A stretch of 59,500 bases of DNA, filler included. It is 2 parts of 2 records of this genome, joined end to end, with 100 filler letters (N's around TTAATTAATTAA, not from the genome) between each part and the next. Parts side by side here need not be neighbours in the genome. Positions count along the whole stretch, not along the records: positions 27,941 to 59,500 come from SRR20825006_2706; 1 more part is not named here. One strand, written 5' to 3'. The position numbers and the translations under genes were made by a program. This document shows positions 44,136 through 54,402 of the stretch, piece by piece; position 1 is the first letter of the stretch; each line of letters starts with the position of its first letter. The notes under the pieces were generated by a model. That model ran no database searches. It had not been told where the DNA came from and was given only the letters and a program-made list of their open reading frames with translations.

Positions 44136-46307
44136 TTACTGTGCAGGGATCGTAACGGGATTAATTCCTTCAACGGTTGGCGTTACTTCGAGAATCGAGC
44201 CATCTTCAGCAAAAGTCAGCTTATCTATACAGACTTCTCTGTGAAAGCCAGCGGGACCACCCATCGTGATTCCGCGTGGACGTGTAAAGCGATGGTACAC
44301 AATATACCAGTCATCTGTACCCGGAACATTGATCACCGAATTATGACCGGTTCCATAAATTTCATTTTCCTCATCTTTTTTGATCACTAAATTCTCCTCC
44401 GGAATATTTAGAGGTCCTAACGGAGTATCTCCCGTCGCATAACGCACACGATAATTGGGGCTTCGGGTATCGTCTTCAGACCACAGGAAGTAGTATTTAC
44501 CTTTTCTAAAAAACACTTCGGTCCCCTCTCTAAAAGTGCCGTCAGGAGTCATTTCCTTCAGTGTTTCTTCTTTGTAAGACATCATATCGTCATTGAGTTC
44601 TGCACCAGCCATATAGCCGTTACCCCAATAAAAATAAGCTTTTCCATCATTCGGATCTACAAAAACATCAGGATCAATAATTTGACCGCCACCGCGTTTT
44701 ATCGCCTCGGGCTTCTCCCCTACAAAAGCTTTTCCAGAATCAGTAAATGGACCGGCCGGGTCATCTGCTGTAGCAAGACCTATGTTCTGTGCAGCAGAAA
44801 AATAGTAGAAGTATTTCAACTCCCCATCAATCTCTTTTTCAGCAATGCAAGGCGCCCAAGCGTTACGGTTAGCCCAAGAAACATCCTCAAGTAAATCTAC
44901 AATGACACCTTCGTCTTCCCAATGCACCAGATCTTTTGAAGAAAAGGTCTTAAAATATGTTCCGCTCCATCCATCAAAACCATCGCTGGTAGGATATAAA
45001 TAAAACTTTTGATCTTTAGATGAATAAATGATTTCGGGATCAGCATAGTACCCTTCAAGAACCGGATTATTCGCTACTGCTGCTTCTACCGAGTAGTTTT
45101 TTTGAGTTCCGTCAGGTAATTCAAGCGTATACGACTGTGCCGCACTTGAGAAATCTTTAGCTCCTGAATCTATCAATTTAACTCCCGGAAAAGTGATCAA
45201 TTGCGGATCAAGAGCTGCTACGCTGCTATCTGTATAAACCGGTAAATATACCGAAGCATTCTCTGCGTTGGTTACCATATTCTGAGTGCGTACAGCACCC
45301 GACTTTGAGCCCACTACCAGCGGTAAATTTTCTGATGGAAAAGCTTTTAATAACTGCGTTGCTTCGGCTTCTGTCACCGGAATGATCGTACCGTGACGCG
45401 GATGAAAATTCATAGAAACCTTATCTGCGCCCAAAGCTTTAAAGTTTAATAAATCGGTTGACTCTGCGAATTGATATTTCCCATCAACATACATATCATA
45501 CATCAAAATATACTTATCACTATCAATCATTTTAAATACTGAAGAACCTTCTACTGCGCGATCAGTTTGATCTTTATAGCCCTCTTCAGGCACATAACCA
45601 GAAGTTAAACTGTCTGAAACAGCCACACGAATTCCTTTGGTAGCAGTTCCTTCTGTTTTATAAAACATATAGTATTTATCGTCCTTTTTGATTATGTCTG
45701 CATCGATACAAGATTTCTCATCCGGACTGTAAAAAAGTTGTTTGGGAGTGCTCTCTAACGCTGTAAAATCTTCATTGGCGTACGCGTAATAAATGATATC
45801 ATATCCGTCCGGTTGTAACATAGAGAAATACACCATATACTTACCTGCTTCTGCGTCGTAAATGGTCTGCGGAGCCCAAGCTCTGCTAATATCACCAAAC
45901 TCAGAAAATTCTTCAGCAAGATTGATTTGCGACGTTTCCCAGTCTAATAGATCTGTAGACTTTGCCAAAATTATTTCGGTATTGCTCCAGCCGTTATCGG
46001 TTTTTAAATCGGTTAAAACCATATAGAAATTTCCATCCTCTCCTCTTAAAATATGCGGATCGCGAACACCACCGGTAGTACTTATACTGTCTGTACTCAC
46101 AATAGGTTTGTCATCATTTAAGGCGTAATAATCAAAGCCATTTCTACTTAAAGCATAATGCACGGCTTCTTCCCCAGCCCTATTACCGGTAAAATAAACA
46201 AAAAGATACGCTGTGTAATCGTCGGCAGTCTTTGTAGTATCGCAAGAATAAAAGACTTGAGATGAAACAAGCAGCGCGAGGATAAAGACCAATCGAAATT
46301 TAAACAT
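44136..46307 (-). CDS. Tandem GH43-GH43 glycoside hydrolase (probable arabinofuranosidase), lipoprotein
   Basis: Domain 1: GVRDPHI, RAWAPQ, CIDAD, VEG; domain 2: YYADPEI, AWAPC, IDPDVF, FREG, GTGHNSV; lipobox FYSC. Confidence 0.9.
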   Translation of the reverse strand: MFKFRLVFILALLVSSQVFYSCDTTKTADDYTAYLFVYFTGNRAGEEAVHYALSRNGFDYYALNDDKPIVSTDSISTTGGVRDPHILRGEDGNFYMVLTDLKTDNGWSNTEIILAKSTDLLDWETSQINLAEEFSEFGDISRAWAPQTIYDAEAGKYMVYFSMLQPDGYDIIYYAYANEDFTALESTPKQLFYSPDEKSCIDADIIKKDDKYYMFYKTEGTATKGIRVAVSDSLTSGYVPEEGYKDQTDRAVEGSSVFKMIDSDKYILMYDMYVDGKYQFAESTDLLNFKALGADKVSMNFHPRHGTIIPVTEAEATQLLKAFPSENLPLVVGSKSGAVRTQNMVTNAENASVYLPVYTDSSVAALDPQLITFPGVKLIDSGAKDFSSAAQSYTLELPDGTQKNYSVEAAVANNPVLEGYYADPEIIYSSKDQKFYLYPTSDGFDGWSGTYFKTFSSKDLVHWEDEGVIVDLLEDVSWANRNAWAPCIAEKEIDGELKYFYYFSAAQNIGLATADDPAGPFTDSGKAFVGEKPEAIKRGGGQIIDPDVFVDPNDGKAYFYWGNGYMAGAELNDDMMSYKEETLKEMTPDGTFREGTEVFFRKGKYYFLWSEDDTRSPNYRVRYATGDTPLGPLNIPEENLVIKKDEENEIYGTGHNSVINVPGTDDWYIVYHRFTRPRGITMGGPAGFHREVCIDKLTFAEDGSILEVTPTVEGINPVTIPAQ

Positions 46308-46612
46308 GTTATAAAATTTAGAGTGTTTGTATACGTCTCAGAAAGTTCTGAAACCAAATTCAAGCCAATTTTCAAAAATTCTAAAAATCGGCTTTACAAA
46401 TAAAATAAAAATAAATGTGTTTTATACATTTATAATACAAAAATTTAAATTTCCCGTTTTTTATTCCTCATCAAAACGACTCTAAAAGTTTATTTATAAC
46501 AAATAATTTAGGCTTAAAATAACAAATTCTTAAAGCTCATTTTGATGAATTATGCATTTCAAATGCATAGAATTAGGGCCAAAAGTCCCCATTATACCTA
46601 TCCTGCACCATC

Positions 46613-46674
46613 AACCCCCTATTATTAATTGATAAGCCCCCGATACACAAAACGCATTTTATAGAACATTGAAC
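46613..46674 (+). promoter_or_regulatory. Candidate HTCS-activated promoter of susC-susD
   Basis: AACCCCCTAT and AGCCCCCG at 22-bp period, AGAACATTGAAC 50 nt downstream. Confidence 0.55.
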
Positions 46675-46737
46675 TCTGATTAAACGCTTATAAACAATTA
46701 AACACATTAAGCTAGATGTTCAACTAATACTTATTCT

Positions 46738-49722
46738 ATGAAACAAAACATGTTACAATTAAAATCAATTGCGATTTGCAGTCTTGTAATGTTGTTGTTA
46801 GGCTTTTCTTTTGAGGTTAAAGCTACAACGATATCGCAACCACAACAGACTGTTTCCGGTACAGTTACAACAGCGGCAGATGATATGCCACTTCCCGGAG
46901 TTACGGTTGTTGTAAAAGGTACTTCTAACGGTACCACAACTGATTTTGACGGAAACTACGAACTTGAAGTTGCTGCAGACGCTGTGCTCTCTTTTTCTTA
47001 TGTAGGAATGAAAACGATTGATATTCCTGTAAACGGTCAATCTACGATTAATGCCCAGCTAGAAGAAGATCTTGGCGTTTTAGACGAAATCGTTGTCGTT
47101 GGGTATGGTAGTCAAAAGAAGTCTGATGTCACGGGCTCTGTGGCCTCGGTTCCTGAAGAACGTTTAGAAAACTTACCGGTGACTAACGTAACCCAAGCTA
47201 TTCAAGGTACTACTGCCGGACTAAATATCAGTCAGGGTTCTTCGGTGCCAGGTTCTACCGGATCTATTCAAGTGCGCGGTATCAATTCAATCACAGGAAG
47301 TACGAGTCCATTTATTGTTTTAGATGGTGTTCCGTTTACAGGTACTTTAAACGATATCAACACTAGAGATATTCAGTCTATTCAAATTCTAAAAGATGCT
47401 TCTGCCGTTGCAATTTATGGTACACGTGGTTCTAACGGAGTTATCCTTATTCAAACTAAAAGAGGAACCAGCGGTGATCCTGTGATCAATTACAGCACGT
47501 ATGGCGCGATTGAAGAATTTGCAAATGTGCTTGAACCTTTAGGTCCTGATGCTTATGTGCAGAAATACGCAGATTTTTTCAGCCAAAATAATCCTGGAGC
47601 AGAACAAGATCGTATTCTTGAAAATCAGTCTGAAATCGACAATTACAATGCCGGGATCACTACAGATTGGTTTGATATTGCGACCCGCAGCGGTGTTATT
47701 CAGGAGCATAACTTAAGTATTCGCGGTGGAAGCGAGAAAACCAAATATTTTGTTTCCGGAAGTTATTTGGATCAAAAAGGGGTTATTGAAGGTTATGATT
47801 ATCAAAAATTCACCCTGCGTTCTAATATAGACGTTCAACTCACCGATTATTTAAAGGTTGGCCTTAATGCATTTTTTGCAAATAACAATTTTGATGGTGG
47901 TCGCGCAAATTTACTTCTGGCAACCGCTATGAGCCCCTACTCTGTTCCTTATGATGAGAACGGCGAACTCATTATCAACCCAATGTTGCCAGAGTTGCTT
48001 TATGAAAATCCATTGTTGGGCTTAACTACAGACCGTGTACAGCGCGAGCGTACTTTATCAGGTAATGTTTTTGCTGAAGTTACTCCGGCATTTGCCGAAG
48101 GTTTGAGCTATAGAATTAACGCTTCGTACACGTTTAATCCGTATTTATATCGCAACTATACCGGTCGTGCTGCAAATAATAACAGAGGTACAGCAAATGT
48201 AGGCGGTGATGAAGAAAAAGTATGGATTATTGAAAATATCCTAAAATACTCTAAGAGCTTCGGGAAACATAATTTTGATTTAACCGCTTTATATAGTGCG
48301 CAAGCCAATGAGTTTTTCCAAGAGTCTCTTACAGGTACCGGTTTTGTAAACGACCAGTTGTCGTACAATAATATTTCGGCAGCAGAAAATATCACCGGTG
48401 ATACCTATAGCAGTAGATCTACGCTATTATCACAAATGGGACGGCTAAATTATAATTATGACAGTCGTTATCTGCTTACGTTTACGGTACGTCGCGATGG
48501 GTATTCAGCCTTTGGTTCAAATACCAGTAAATATGGTGTATTTCCATCTGCAGCATTAGGGTGGAATATTCACAAGGAAGCATTTATGGAAAATGCTGAC
48601 GGCATCAACAACTTGAAGCTAAGATTTTCTATTGGTGAAACGGGTAACCGTGGGGTAGGAATTAACCAAACTCAAACCCGTGCAGGTACATTGCTTTATC
48701 CATTTGGCGGGCAGTCCTATACGGGGACTTACATCGCCGGTTTAGGTAACCCGAACTTAAAATGGGAAACTACGGTTTCTGGGAACCTTGGTGTTGACTT
48801 TGGCTTACTAAATAACCGCATTAACGGATCGTTTGAAGTCTATAAATCAAAAACCGAAGATCTTCTTCTTAACCGAAGCATCCCGGCTCTGACAGGTACT
48901 ACCAGTATTATTGAAAACATAGGTGCGGTAGAAAATAGAGGTTTTGAATTTACTATAAACAGCACCAATATTGACACCGGTGATTTTAGATGGGAGAGCA
49001 ACATCAACTTTTCTACCTATAAAAATGAGATTCTTGACCTTTATGGTGATGGTGAAGATGACATCCCAAGTAGATGGTTTATTGGTAAATCACTAGGTGC
49101 TATTTATGATTACAAAATGGTTGGTGTATGGCAAGAAGGTGAAGACACAGGTAGCTTTAATGCCAATCCAGGAGATTTAAAATTTGAAGACATTAATGGT
49201 GATGGAGTGATTGAGCCAGAAAACGATCGCGTATATTTAGGTTCAAGCCTTCCTAAATGGACCGGCGGTTTGACAAATACCTTCTCTTACAAAAACTTTG
49301 ATTTATCGTTCTTTATTCAGACCGTTCAGGGAGTCTTAAAAGGTAACCCTGATATCAATTATGGGGATGAATTATCAAGACGTAACACTCCTTCTAACGT
49401 AGGGTACTGGACACCTGAAAACCAAAGCAATGAATTTCCTTCTCTTGTTTATCGCAATACTTTGGGCTACGGCTATCCTAGAGATGCAAGCTACGTAAGA
49501 TTAAAAGATGCGCGCCTTAGCTACAGATTTCCTATTGAAAAAATTGAGCGTTTTGGCCTAGATAATTTAATGATCTACGTAGCCGGAAGAAATTTATATA
49601 CCTGGACAGATTGGATAGGCTGGGATCCAGAAAGTAGCCAATCCTATAGAGGGTCTGGAGATTGGACTAACAACTACCCTGTTGTGAGAACATACTCTAT
49701 AGGACTTAATGTTTCGCTTTAA
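46738..49722 (+). CDS. susC: SusC/RagA family TonB-dependent transporter
   Basis: LPGVTVVVKGT, LDEIVVVGYG, ILKDASAVAIYGTRGSNGVILIQTKRG, RRDGYSAFG, NPNLKWET, C-terminal GLNVSL. Confidence 0.97.
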   Translation: MKQNMLQLKSIAICSLVMLLLGFSFEVKATTISQPQQTVSGTVTTAADDMPLPGVTVVVKGTSNGTTTDFDGNYELEVAADAVLSFSYVGMKTIDIPVNGQSTINAQLEEDLGVLDEIVVVGYGSQKKSDVTGSVASVPEERLENLPVTNVTQAIQGTTAGLNISQGSSVPGSTGSIQVRGINSITGSTSPFIVLDGVPFTGTLNDINTRDIQSIQILKDASAVAIYGTRGSNGVILIQTKRGTSGDPVINYSTYGAIEEFANVLEPLGPDAYVQKYADFFSQNNPGAEQDRILENQSEIDNYNAGITTDWFDIATRSGVIQEHNLSIRGGSEKTKYFVSGSYLDQKGVIEGYDYQKFTLRSNIDVQLTDYLKVGLNAFFANNNFDGGRANLLLATAMSPYSVPYDENGELIINPMLPELLYENPLLGLTTDRVQRERTLSGNVFAEVTPAFAEGLSYRINASYTFNPYLYRNYTGRAANNNRGTANVGGDEEKVWIIENILKYSKSFGKHNFDLTALYSAQANEFFQESLTGTGFVNDQLSYNNISAAENITGDTYSSRSTLLSQMGRLNYNYDSRYLLTFTVRRDGYSAFGSNTSKYGVFPSAALGWNIHKEAFMENADGINNLKLRFSIGETGNRGVGINQTQTRAGTLLYPFGGQSYTGTYIAGLGNPNLKWETTVSGNLGVDFGLLNNRINGSFEVYKSKTEDLLLNRSIPALTGTTSIIENIGAVENRGFEFTINSTNIDTGDFRWESNINFSTYKNEILDLYGDGEDDIPSRWFIGKSLGAIYDYKMVGVWQEGEDTGSFNANPGDLKFEDINGDGVIEPENDRVYLGSSLPKWTGGLTNTFSYKNFDLSFFIQTVQGVLKGNPDINYGDELSRRNTPSNVGYWTPENQSNEFPSLVYRNTLGYGYPRDASYVRLKDARLSYRFPIEKIERFGLDNLMIYVAGRNLYTWTDWIGWDPESSQSYRGSGDWTNNYPVVRTYSIGLNVSL

Positions 49723-49750
49723 AATGGCTAATCGAAAAAAGATACACTTT

Positions 49751-51388
49751 ATGAAAAATATATCTAAACTTACACTTATACTGCTTAGCCTAAATATCTT
49801 CATATTTAGTTCTTGCGGTGATGACTTTCTAGAAGAAGAAATTCGTTCTGACTTTACTCCAGAAACACTTAACGATGAATTGGGGTATCAAGCCCAGCTC
49901 GTGGGACTTTATCAAATGCTGAGTACCTTTTATACCCGAAGCGGGCAACAAGGTTGGTTATCTGTATGGCAAGCCGGTACAGATATCGTATGGCCTACAG
50001 CACCGCAAGGAGTTGAAGTACCGTATTACAAGTACAATCAATTAACTACAGATGACAGTGCAGCATATCAAAGCTGGGAGCTTTGGTACAATATGGTTGA
50101 AAATACTAACAGTATTATCGCCAGCATTGAGGCCAATACTTCAGAAGAACTTTCTCAAGAAGAAAAAGATGCTATTAATGCCGAAGCTCGCTTTTTTAGA
50201 GCTTATGCGTATAATAATTTAGCAACCCTTTTTGGTGGAGTTCCTCTTATTACAGAGCCGGTTACTGAAGCTCGTTTTGATTACACCCGCAATTCTCTGG
50301 AAGAGATAAATGCGCAGATTGAAACAGATTTGCAATACGCTACCGCAAATCTTGCAGATCCCACAAACGCTCCTCAATTTGAAGCACGCGTGCATAAATA
50401 TGTGGCGCATCAATTATTTGCAGAATTCTACCTAAGATCTGGACAACCTGATCTGGCTGAAGATCAAGCCGATATTATTATAAATAGCAACGCCTTTCAA
50501 TTAGTTACAGAACGTTATGGTGTGAATGCAGGTGAAGAAGGAGATCCTTTTTCTGATATGTTCTTTAAAGGAAATCAGCGCCGTTCACAAGGAAATACTG
50601 AAGCTATTTGGGTCTTAGAAAATGAGAACCCTGCAGATGTGCGTGGTGGTTCAAGTGGTTCTCCTCAACAACGTCGTATTTGGGGTGCTGGCTACCATAA
50701 CGTAAATGGTATGATCCCGGCAGATTCGTTAGGTGGTAGAGGAATTGCACGTATTCGTCTTAACAACTGGGTCATCTATGATCTATATGATGAAGGAGAC
50801 ATGCGTAACTCTAAACATAACATCCACAAGCGATTTAGATACAATAATCCTGATCCTAATTTTTCTGATATTTATGGCGAACTCGTGCCTTATGAAGGGA
50901 TTGATACGCTTGCCAGAATTCAACCTTATTCGTTAAAATGGGGGCATTTTGATCCTGCAGATGTATTTGGTTTTGGGATGTGGAAAGATTTCATGATTAT
51001 GCGTTTAGGTGAAACCTATTTACTAAAGGCAGAAGCGCAAGTGGCTCAGAATAATCCGGGTGGTGCTGCAACTACTATTAATATTTTAAGAACACGCGCA
51101 AATGCTCCTCAGGTAACTGCAGGAGAAATGAGCCTTGATTTTATACTCGATGAGCGCGTACGTGAATTGCTCGCTGAGGAAAACCGAAGAATGACCTTAA
51201 TGCGAACCAAAATGCTCGTAGAGCGTGCTACGCGACTTAACATTCAAGATGAGAGTATTCCGTTACCTCAAACAATGCGCATTGAAGGACTGCAAGAATT
51301 TCACGAGTTGTTCCCCATACCTCTTCGCGAGATTCAACTTAATAAAGAAGCAGAGTTAACTCAGAATCCTGGTTATACTGGGAGTTAA
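49751..51388 (+). CDS. susD: SusD/RagB family glycan-binding lipoprotein
   Basis: Lipobox FSSC, AEARFFRAYAY, FGGVPL, MRLGETYLLKAEA, ILDERVRELLAE, LTQNPGY; start placed at ATG 49751. Confidence 0.96.
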   Translation: MKNISKLTLILLSLNIFIFSSCGDDFLEEEIRSDFTPETLNDELGYQAQLVGLYQMLSTFYTRSGQQGWLSVWQAGTDIVWPTAPQGVEVPYYKYNQLTTDDSAAYQSWELWYNMVENTNSIIASIEANTSEELSQEEKDAINAEARFFRAYAYNNLATLFGGVPLITEPVTEARFDYTRNSLEEINAQIETDLQYATANLADPTNAPQFEARVHKYVAHQLFAEFYLRSGQPDLAEDQADIIINSNAFQLVTERYGVNAGEEGDPFSDMFFKGNQRRSQGNTEAIWVLENENPADVRGGSSGSPQQRRIWGAGYHNVNGMIPADSLGGRGIARIRLNNWVIYDLYDEGDMRNSKHNIHKRFRYNNPDPNFSDIYGELVPYEGIDTLARIQPYSLKWGHFDPADVFGFGMWKDFMIMRLGETYLLKAEAQVAQNNPGGAATTINILRTRANAPQVTAGEMSLDFILDERVRELLAEENRRMTLMRTKMLVERATRLNIQDESIPLPQTMRIEGLQEFHELFPIPLREIQLNKEAELTQNPGYTGS

Positions 51389-51414
51389 TCATTGGGTTAA
51401 AATTTGTTTGTGTG

Positions 51415-51443
51415 AAGCGCTGTGTAAAAACAGCGCTTTTTTT
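51415..51443 (+). terminator. Intrinsic terminator after susD
   Basis: AAGCGCTGT-GTAAAA-ACAGCGCTT followed by a T-run. Confidence 0.85.
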
Positions 51444-51582
51444 GTTGATGCTCGTTGAACATAGCAGTTCTTTAATTTACTATCGTTATAGTAGCTTGAT
51501 CTCAAAAGTTTTAAATATCCTTAACGGAAATATGTCCTGCTTCCGCTTAACTTCAAAGTAAATTCTACAAAACGCTGGGCTT

Positions 51583-52689
51583 ATGTTAGACTATTTTGAC
51601 TCACAAACCTCAAAATTTTTGCTCATTACCATTCTTGCAGGAATGGTCTTTTTCGGCTTGATTTTTTATTTTCTAAAGAAATTAGGCAAAAGCCCTAAGA
51701 ATATTCTACCGGTCAATTTCGCCGGAAAAATGAGGCTTCCGCTTGCGCTATTTATGTTGGCGCTTGTGCTTAAAATCATCAAAACTAACGATCGTATTTT
51801 AGAATTTATAGAGGAGAACTTTTTGAGTCATGTAAGTACGTTGCTCTTTATTTTAAGCATCACTTGGATTTTAATCGTCATTCTCAAAGCATTTAAAAGA
51901 AATATTCTTTTAAAATATGATATGAGTGCTTCAGACAATGTTCACGCGCGTAAAGTCTATACGCAATTTACCGTACTCGAGCGTGTTCTTATGTTTCTGA
52001 TCATTCTTTTTGCGGTAAGTATCGCCTTGATGAGTTTTGATAGCATTCGCTCTATAGGAGTGAGTATGTTGACTTCTGCCGGAATCGCAGGGATCATCAT
52101 TGGTTTTGCTGCACAAAAAGCTCTAGGTACTTTGATGGCGGGGATTCAAATTGCGTTTACGCAGCCTATTCGTTTAGATGATGTCGTGGTCGTTGAAGGA
52201 GAATGGGGACGTATTGAAGAAATTTATCTTACCTATGTGGTTGTAAAAATCTGGGACAAACGCCGTCTGGTACTGCCTACCACCTATTTTATCGAACAAC
52301 CTTTTCAAAACTGGACGCGCAATTCTTCTGATATTTTAGGTACTGTTTTTATCTATACAGATTACAACGTGCCCTTTGATGCACTTCGCGAAGAACTCAC
52401 CAGAATTCTTAAAAACACTGACTTATGGGATGGTGAAGTTAACGTGCTTCAAGTAACCGATACCAACAACGAAATGGTAGAAACCCGAGCCCTTATGAGC
52501 GCCATTGATTCCCCTACTGCCTGGGATCTACGCGTACACGTAAGAGAAAAATTGGTCATTTTTATCCAAGAAAATTATCCGCATAGTTTACCGCGTACTC
52601 GTGTAGAAATGCAATCGCGTAAGGATAGTGATAAGGTTGAAAAAGCAACTAAAGAACCAGACAAATCAGATTTACTCAGAGATAAATAA
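51583..52689 (+). CDS. MscS family mechanosensitive channel
   Basis: SAGIAGIIIGFAAQ, QPIRLDDVVVVEGEWGRIEEI, FQNWTR. Confidence 0.92.
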   Translation: MLDYFDSQTSKFLLITILAGMVFFGLIFYFLKKLGKSPKNILPVNFAGKMRLPLALFMLALVLKIIKTNDRILEFIEENFLSHVSTLLFILSITWILIVILKAFKRNILLKYDMSASDNVHARKVYTQFTVLERVLMFLIILFAVSIALMSFDSIRSIGVSMLTSAGIAGIIIGFAAQKALGTLMAGIQIAFTQPIRLDDVVVVEGEWGRIEEIYLTYVVVKIWDKRRLVLPTTYFIEQPFQNWTRNSSDILGTVFIYTDYNVPFDALREELTRILKNTDLWDGEVNVLQVTDTNNEMVETRALMSAIDSPTAWDLRVHVREKLVIFIQENYPHSLPRTRVEMQSRKDSDKVEKATKEPDKSDLLRDK

Positions 52690-52753
52690 TTGAGATCTTA
52701 GCAGGATAGGCAATTTAAATAACAGAACTTTGCACTCCCCTTAGATTTAAATT

Positions 52754-53641
52754 ATGAGTAAAACAGAATCTGCAGTAAGCGCTACGTACTTCAGTATCAT
52801 TGGCAATACGGTGCTGGCGATCGCTAAAGCCTTGGCCGGGATCTTAGGTAATTCTTATGCTTTGATCGCTGATGCCATTGAGTCTACCGCAGATATTTTT
52901 GCTTCACTTCTGGTACTATTTGGTTTAAAATATGCTGAAAGACCTGCAGACGACAATCACCCGTACGGTCATGGTAAAATTGAACCGCTCATTACCTTTA
53001 TGGTCGTTGCCTTCTTGGTGACATCTGCAACGGTGATCGCTTACGAGAGCGTTCAAAATATTTTATTGGTAACGCCTCAAAAACCACCAAAACTCTGGAC
53101 ACTTATCGTGCTGGCAGTAATCATAATTTGGAAAGAAATCTCCTTTAGAATTGTACTAAAACGCAGCAAGGAAACCAATAGTTCGTCACTTAAAGCTGAC
53201 GCCTGGCATCACCGTAGCGATGCGATCACTTCGGTAATGGCTTTTGTAGGAATTTCTGTTGCTTTGATATTTGGGGAAGGCTTTGAAACTGCAGACGATT
53301 GGGCAGCCCTCTTTGCTTCCGGGATTATTCTGTATAACGCCTATCTCATTTTCAGGCCTGCTTTAGGCGAAATTATGGACGAAAATCGCTATGATGATAT
53401 TATCGAATTGGTACGCATAAAAGCATTAGAAGTTCCGGGAGTTTTAGATACCGAAAAAGCATTTATTCGAAAAGCCGGAATGAGTTATCACTTAGATTTG
53501 CACGCCATTGTAGACGGAAGCATTTCGGTGGCTAAAGGGCACGAGATCGCCCATCGATTACAAGACTATTTAAAAGAAGAAATTCCCAACCTCAACTTTA
53601 TTTTGATACACGTTGAGCCTGGGAATCCCTCAGAAATTTAA
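52754..53641 (+). CDS. Cation diffusion facilitator family transporter
   Basis: SYALIADAIESTAD, PADDNHPYGHGKIE, ADAWHHRSDA, IHVEP. Confidence 0.95.
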   Translation: MSKTESAVSATYFSIIGNTVLAIAKALAGILGNSYALIADAIESTADIFASLLVLFGLKYAERPADDNHPYGHGKIEPLITFMVVAFLVTSATVIAYESVQNILLVTPQKPPKLWTLIVLAVIIIWKEISFRIVLKRSKETNSSSLKADAWHHRSDAITSVMAFVGISVALIFGEGFETADDWAALFASGIILYNAYLIFRPALGEIMDENRYDDIIELVRIKALEVPGVLDTEKAFIRKAGMSYHLDLHAIVDGSISVAKGHEIAHRLQDYLKEEIPNLNFILIHVEPGNPSEI

Positions 53642-53661
53642 GCTATAGCATTAGCTAAATA

Positions 53662-54372
53662 TTATAAACCTGCAGCAGCGTCTTGATCTAAAAACCAATG
53701 CAATTCGCCCTGTTTAGGCGCTACTAAACTCGCAGGAAATTCTTTATAACCATCGTGCTTTTTATGAATCGCAGTTACCTTTTCTTCTTTTCCTGCTCCG
53801 GTAACTAAAAACGCAATGGTTTTAGCATTGTTCACGATCTTACCGGTAAAGGTCACGCGCTTTTGCCCAGAATCAGGATGTTTAGCCACACGACAATTCT
53901 CTGGCATATCCCATAATTCAATATTGTAAGGAAAAATAGAAACGGTGTGCCCATCATCTCCCATTCCTAGCATCACGATATCAAAATAAGGAATACCGTT
54001 AGCCTTTGGCAATTGCTCATCAAGCACTTTTGAATAGCGCTTTGCTTCTTCTTCAGGATCATCTTCTCCTTTGATTCTAAAGATATTTTCTTCAGGAATA
54101 TCAATTTTAGAAATCAGGTGTTCTACCGTCATTTTGTAGTTGCTCTCATCATCAGAAGGCGGAACGCAACGCTCGTCTCCCCAATATAAAAACACTTTAG
54201 ACCAATCGATATCTGCACCGTATTCTTTGGCTAAATGATCAAAAACAATCTTTGGAGTGCTTCCGCCGGAAAGTGCGATATGCACATCTTCTCCGGTGGT
54301 ACATTTTTCTTTAAAAAATTCAGAAAATTCTTCAGCAACAAGCTGCTTCGTTTCTTTAATATGTAAATCCAT
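53662..54372 (-). CDS. pgl: 6-phosphogluconolactonase
   Basis: ALSGGSTP, WGDERCVPP, LGMGDDGHT, QKRVTFTG. Confidence 0.96.
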   Translation of the reverse strand: MDLHIKETKQLVAEEFSEFFKEKCTTGEDVHIALSGGSTPKIVFDHLAKEYGADIDWSKVFLYWGDERCVPPSDDESNYKMTVEHLISKIDIPEENIFRIKGEDDPEEEAKRYSKVLDEQLPKANGIPYFDIVMLGMGDDGHTVSIFPYNIELWDMPENCRVAKHPDSGQKRVTFTGKIVNNAKTIAFLVTGAGKEEKVTAIHKKHDGYKEFPASLVAPKQGELHWFLDQDAAAGL

Positions 54373-54402
54373 TTCTGGAATAATTTTAATTAAAATTTCA
54401 GT

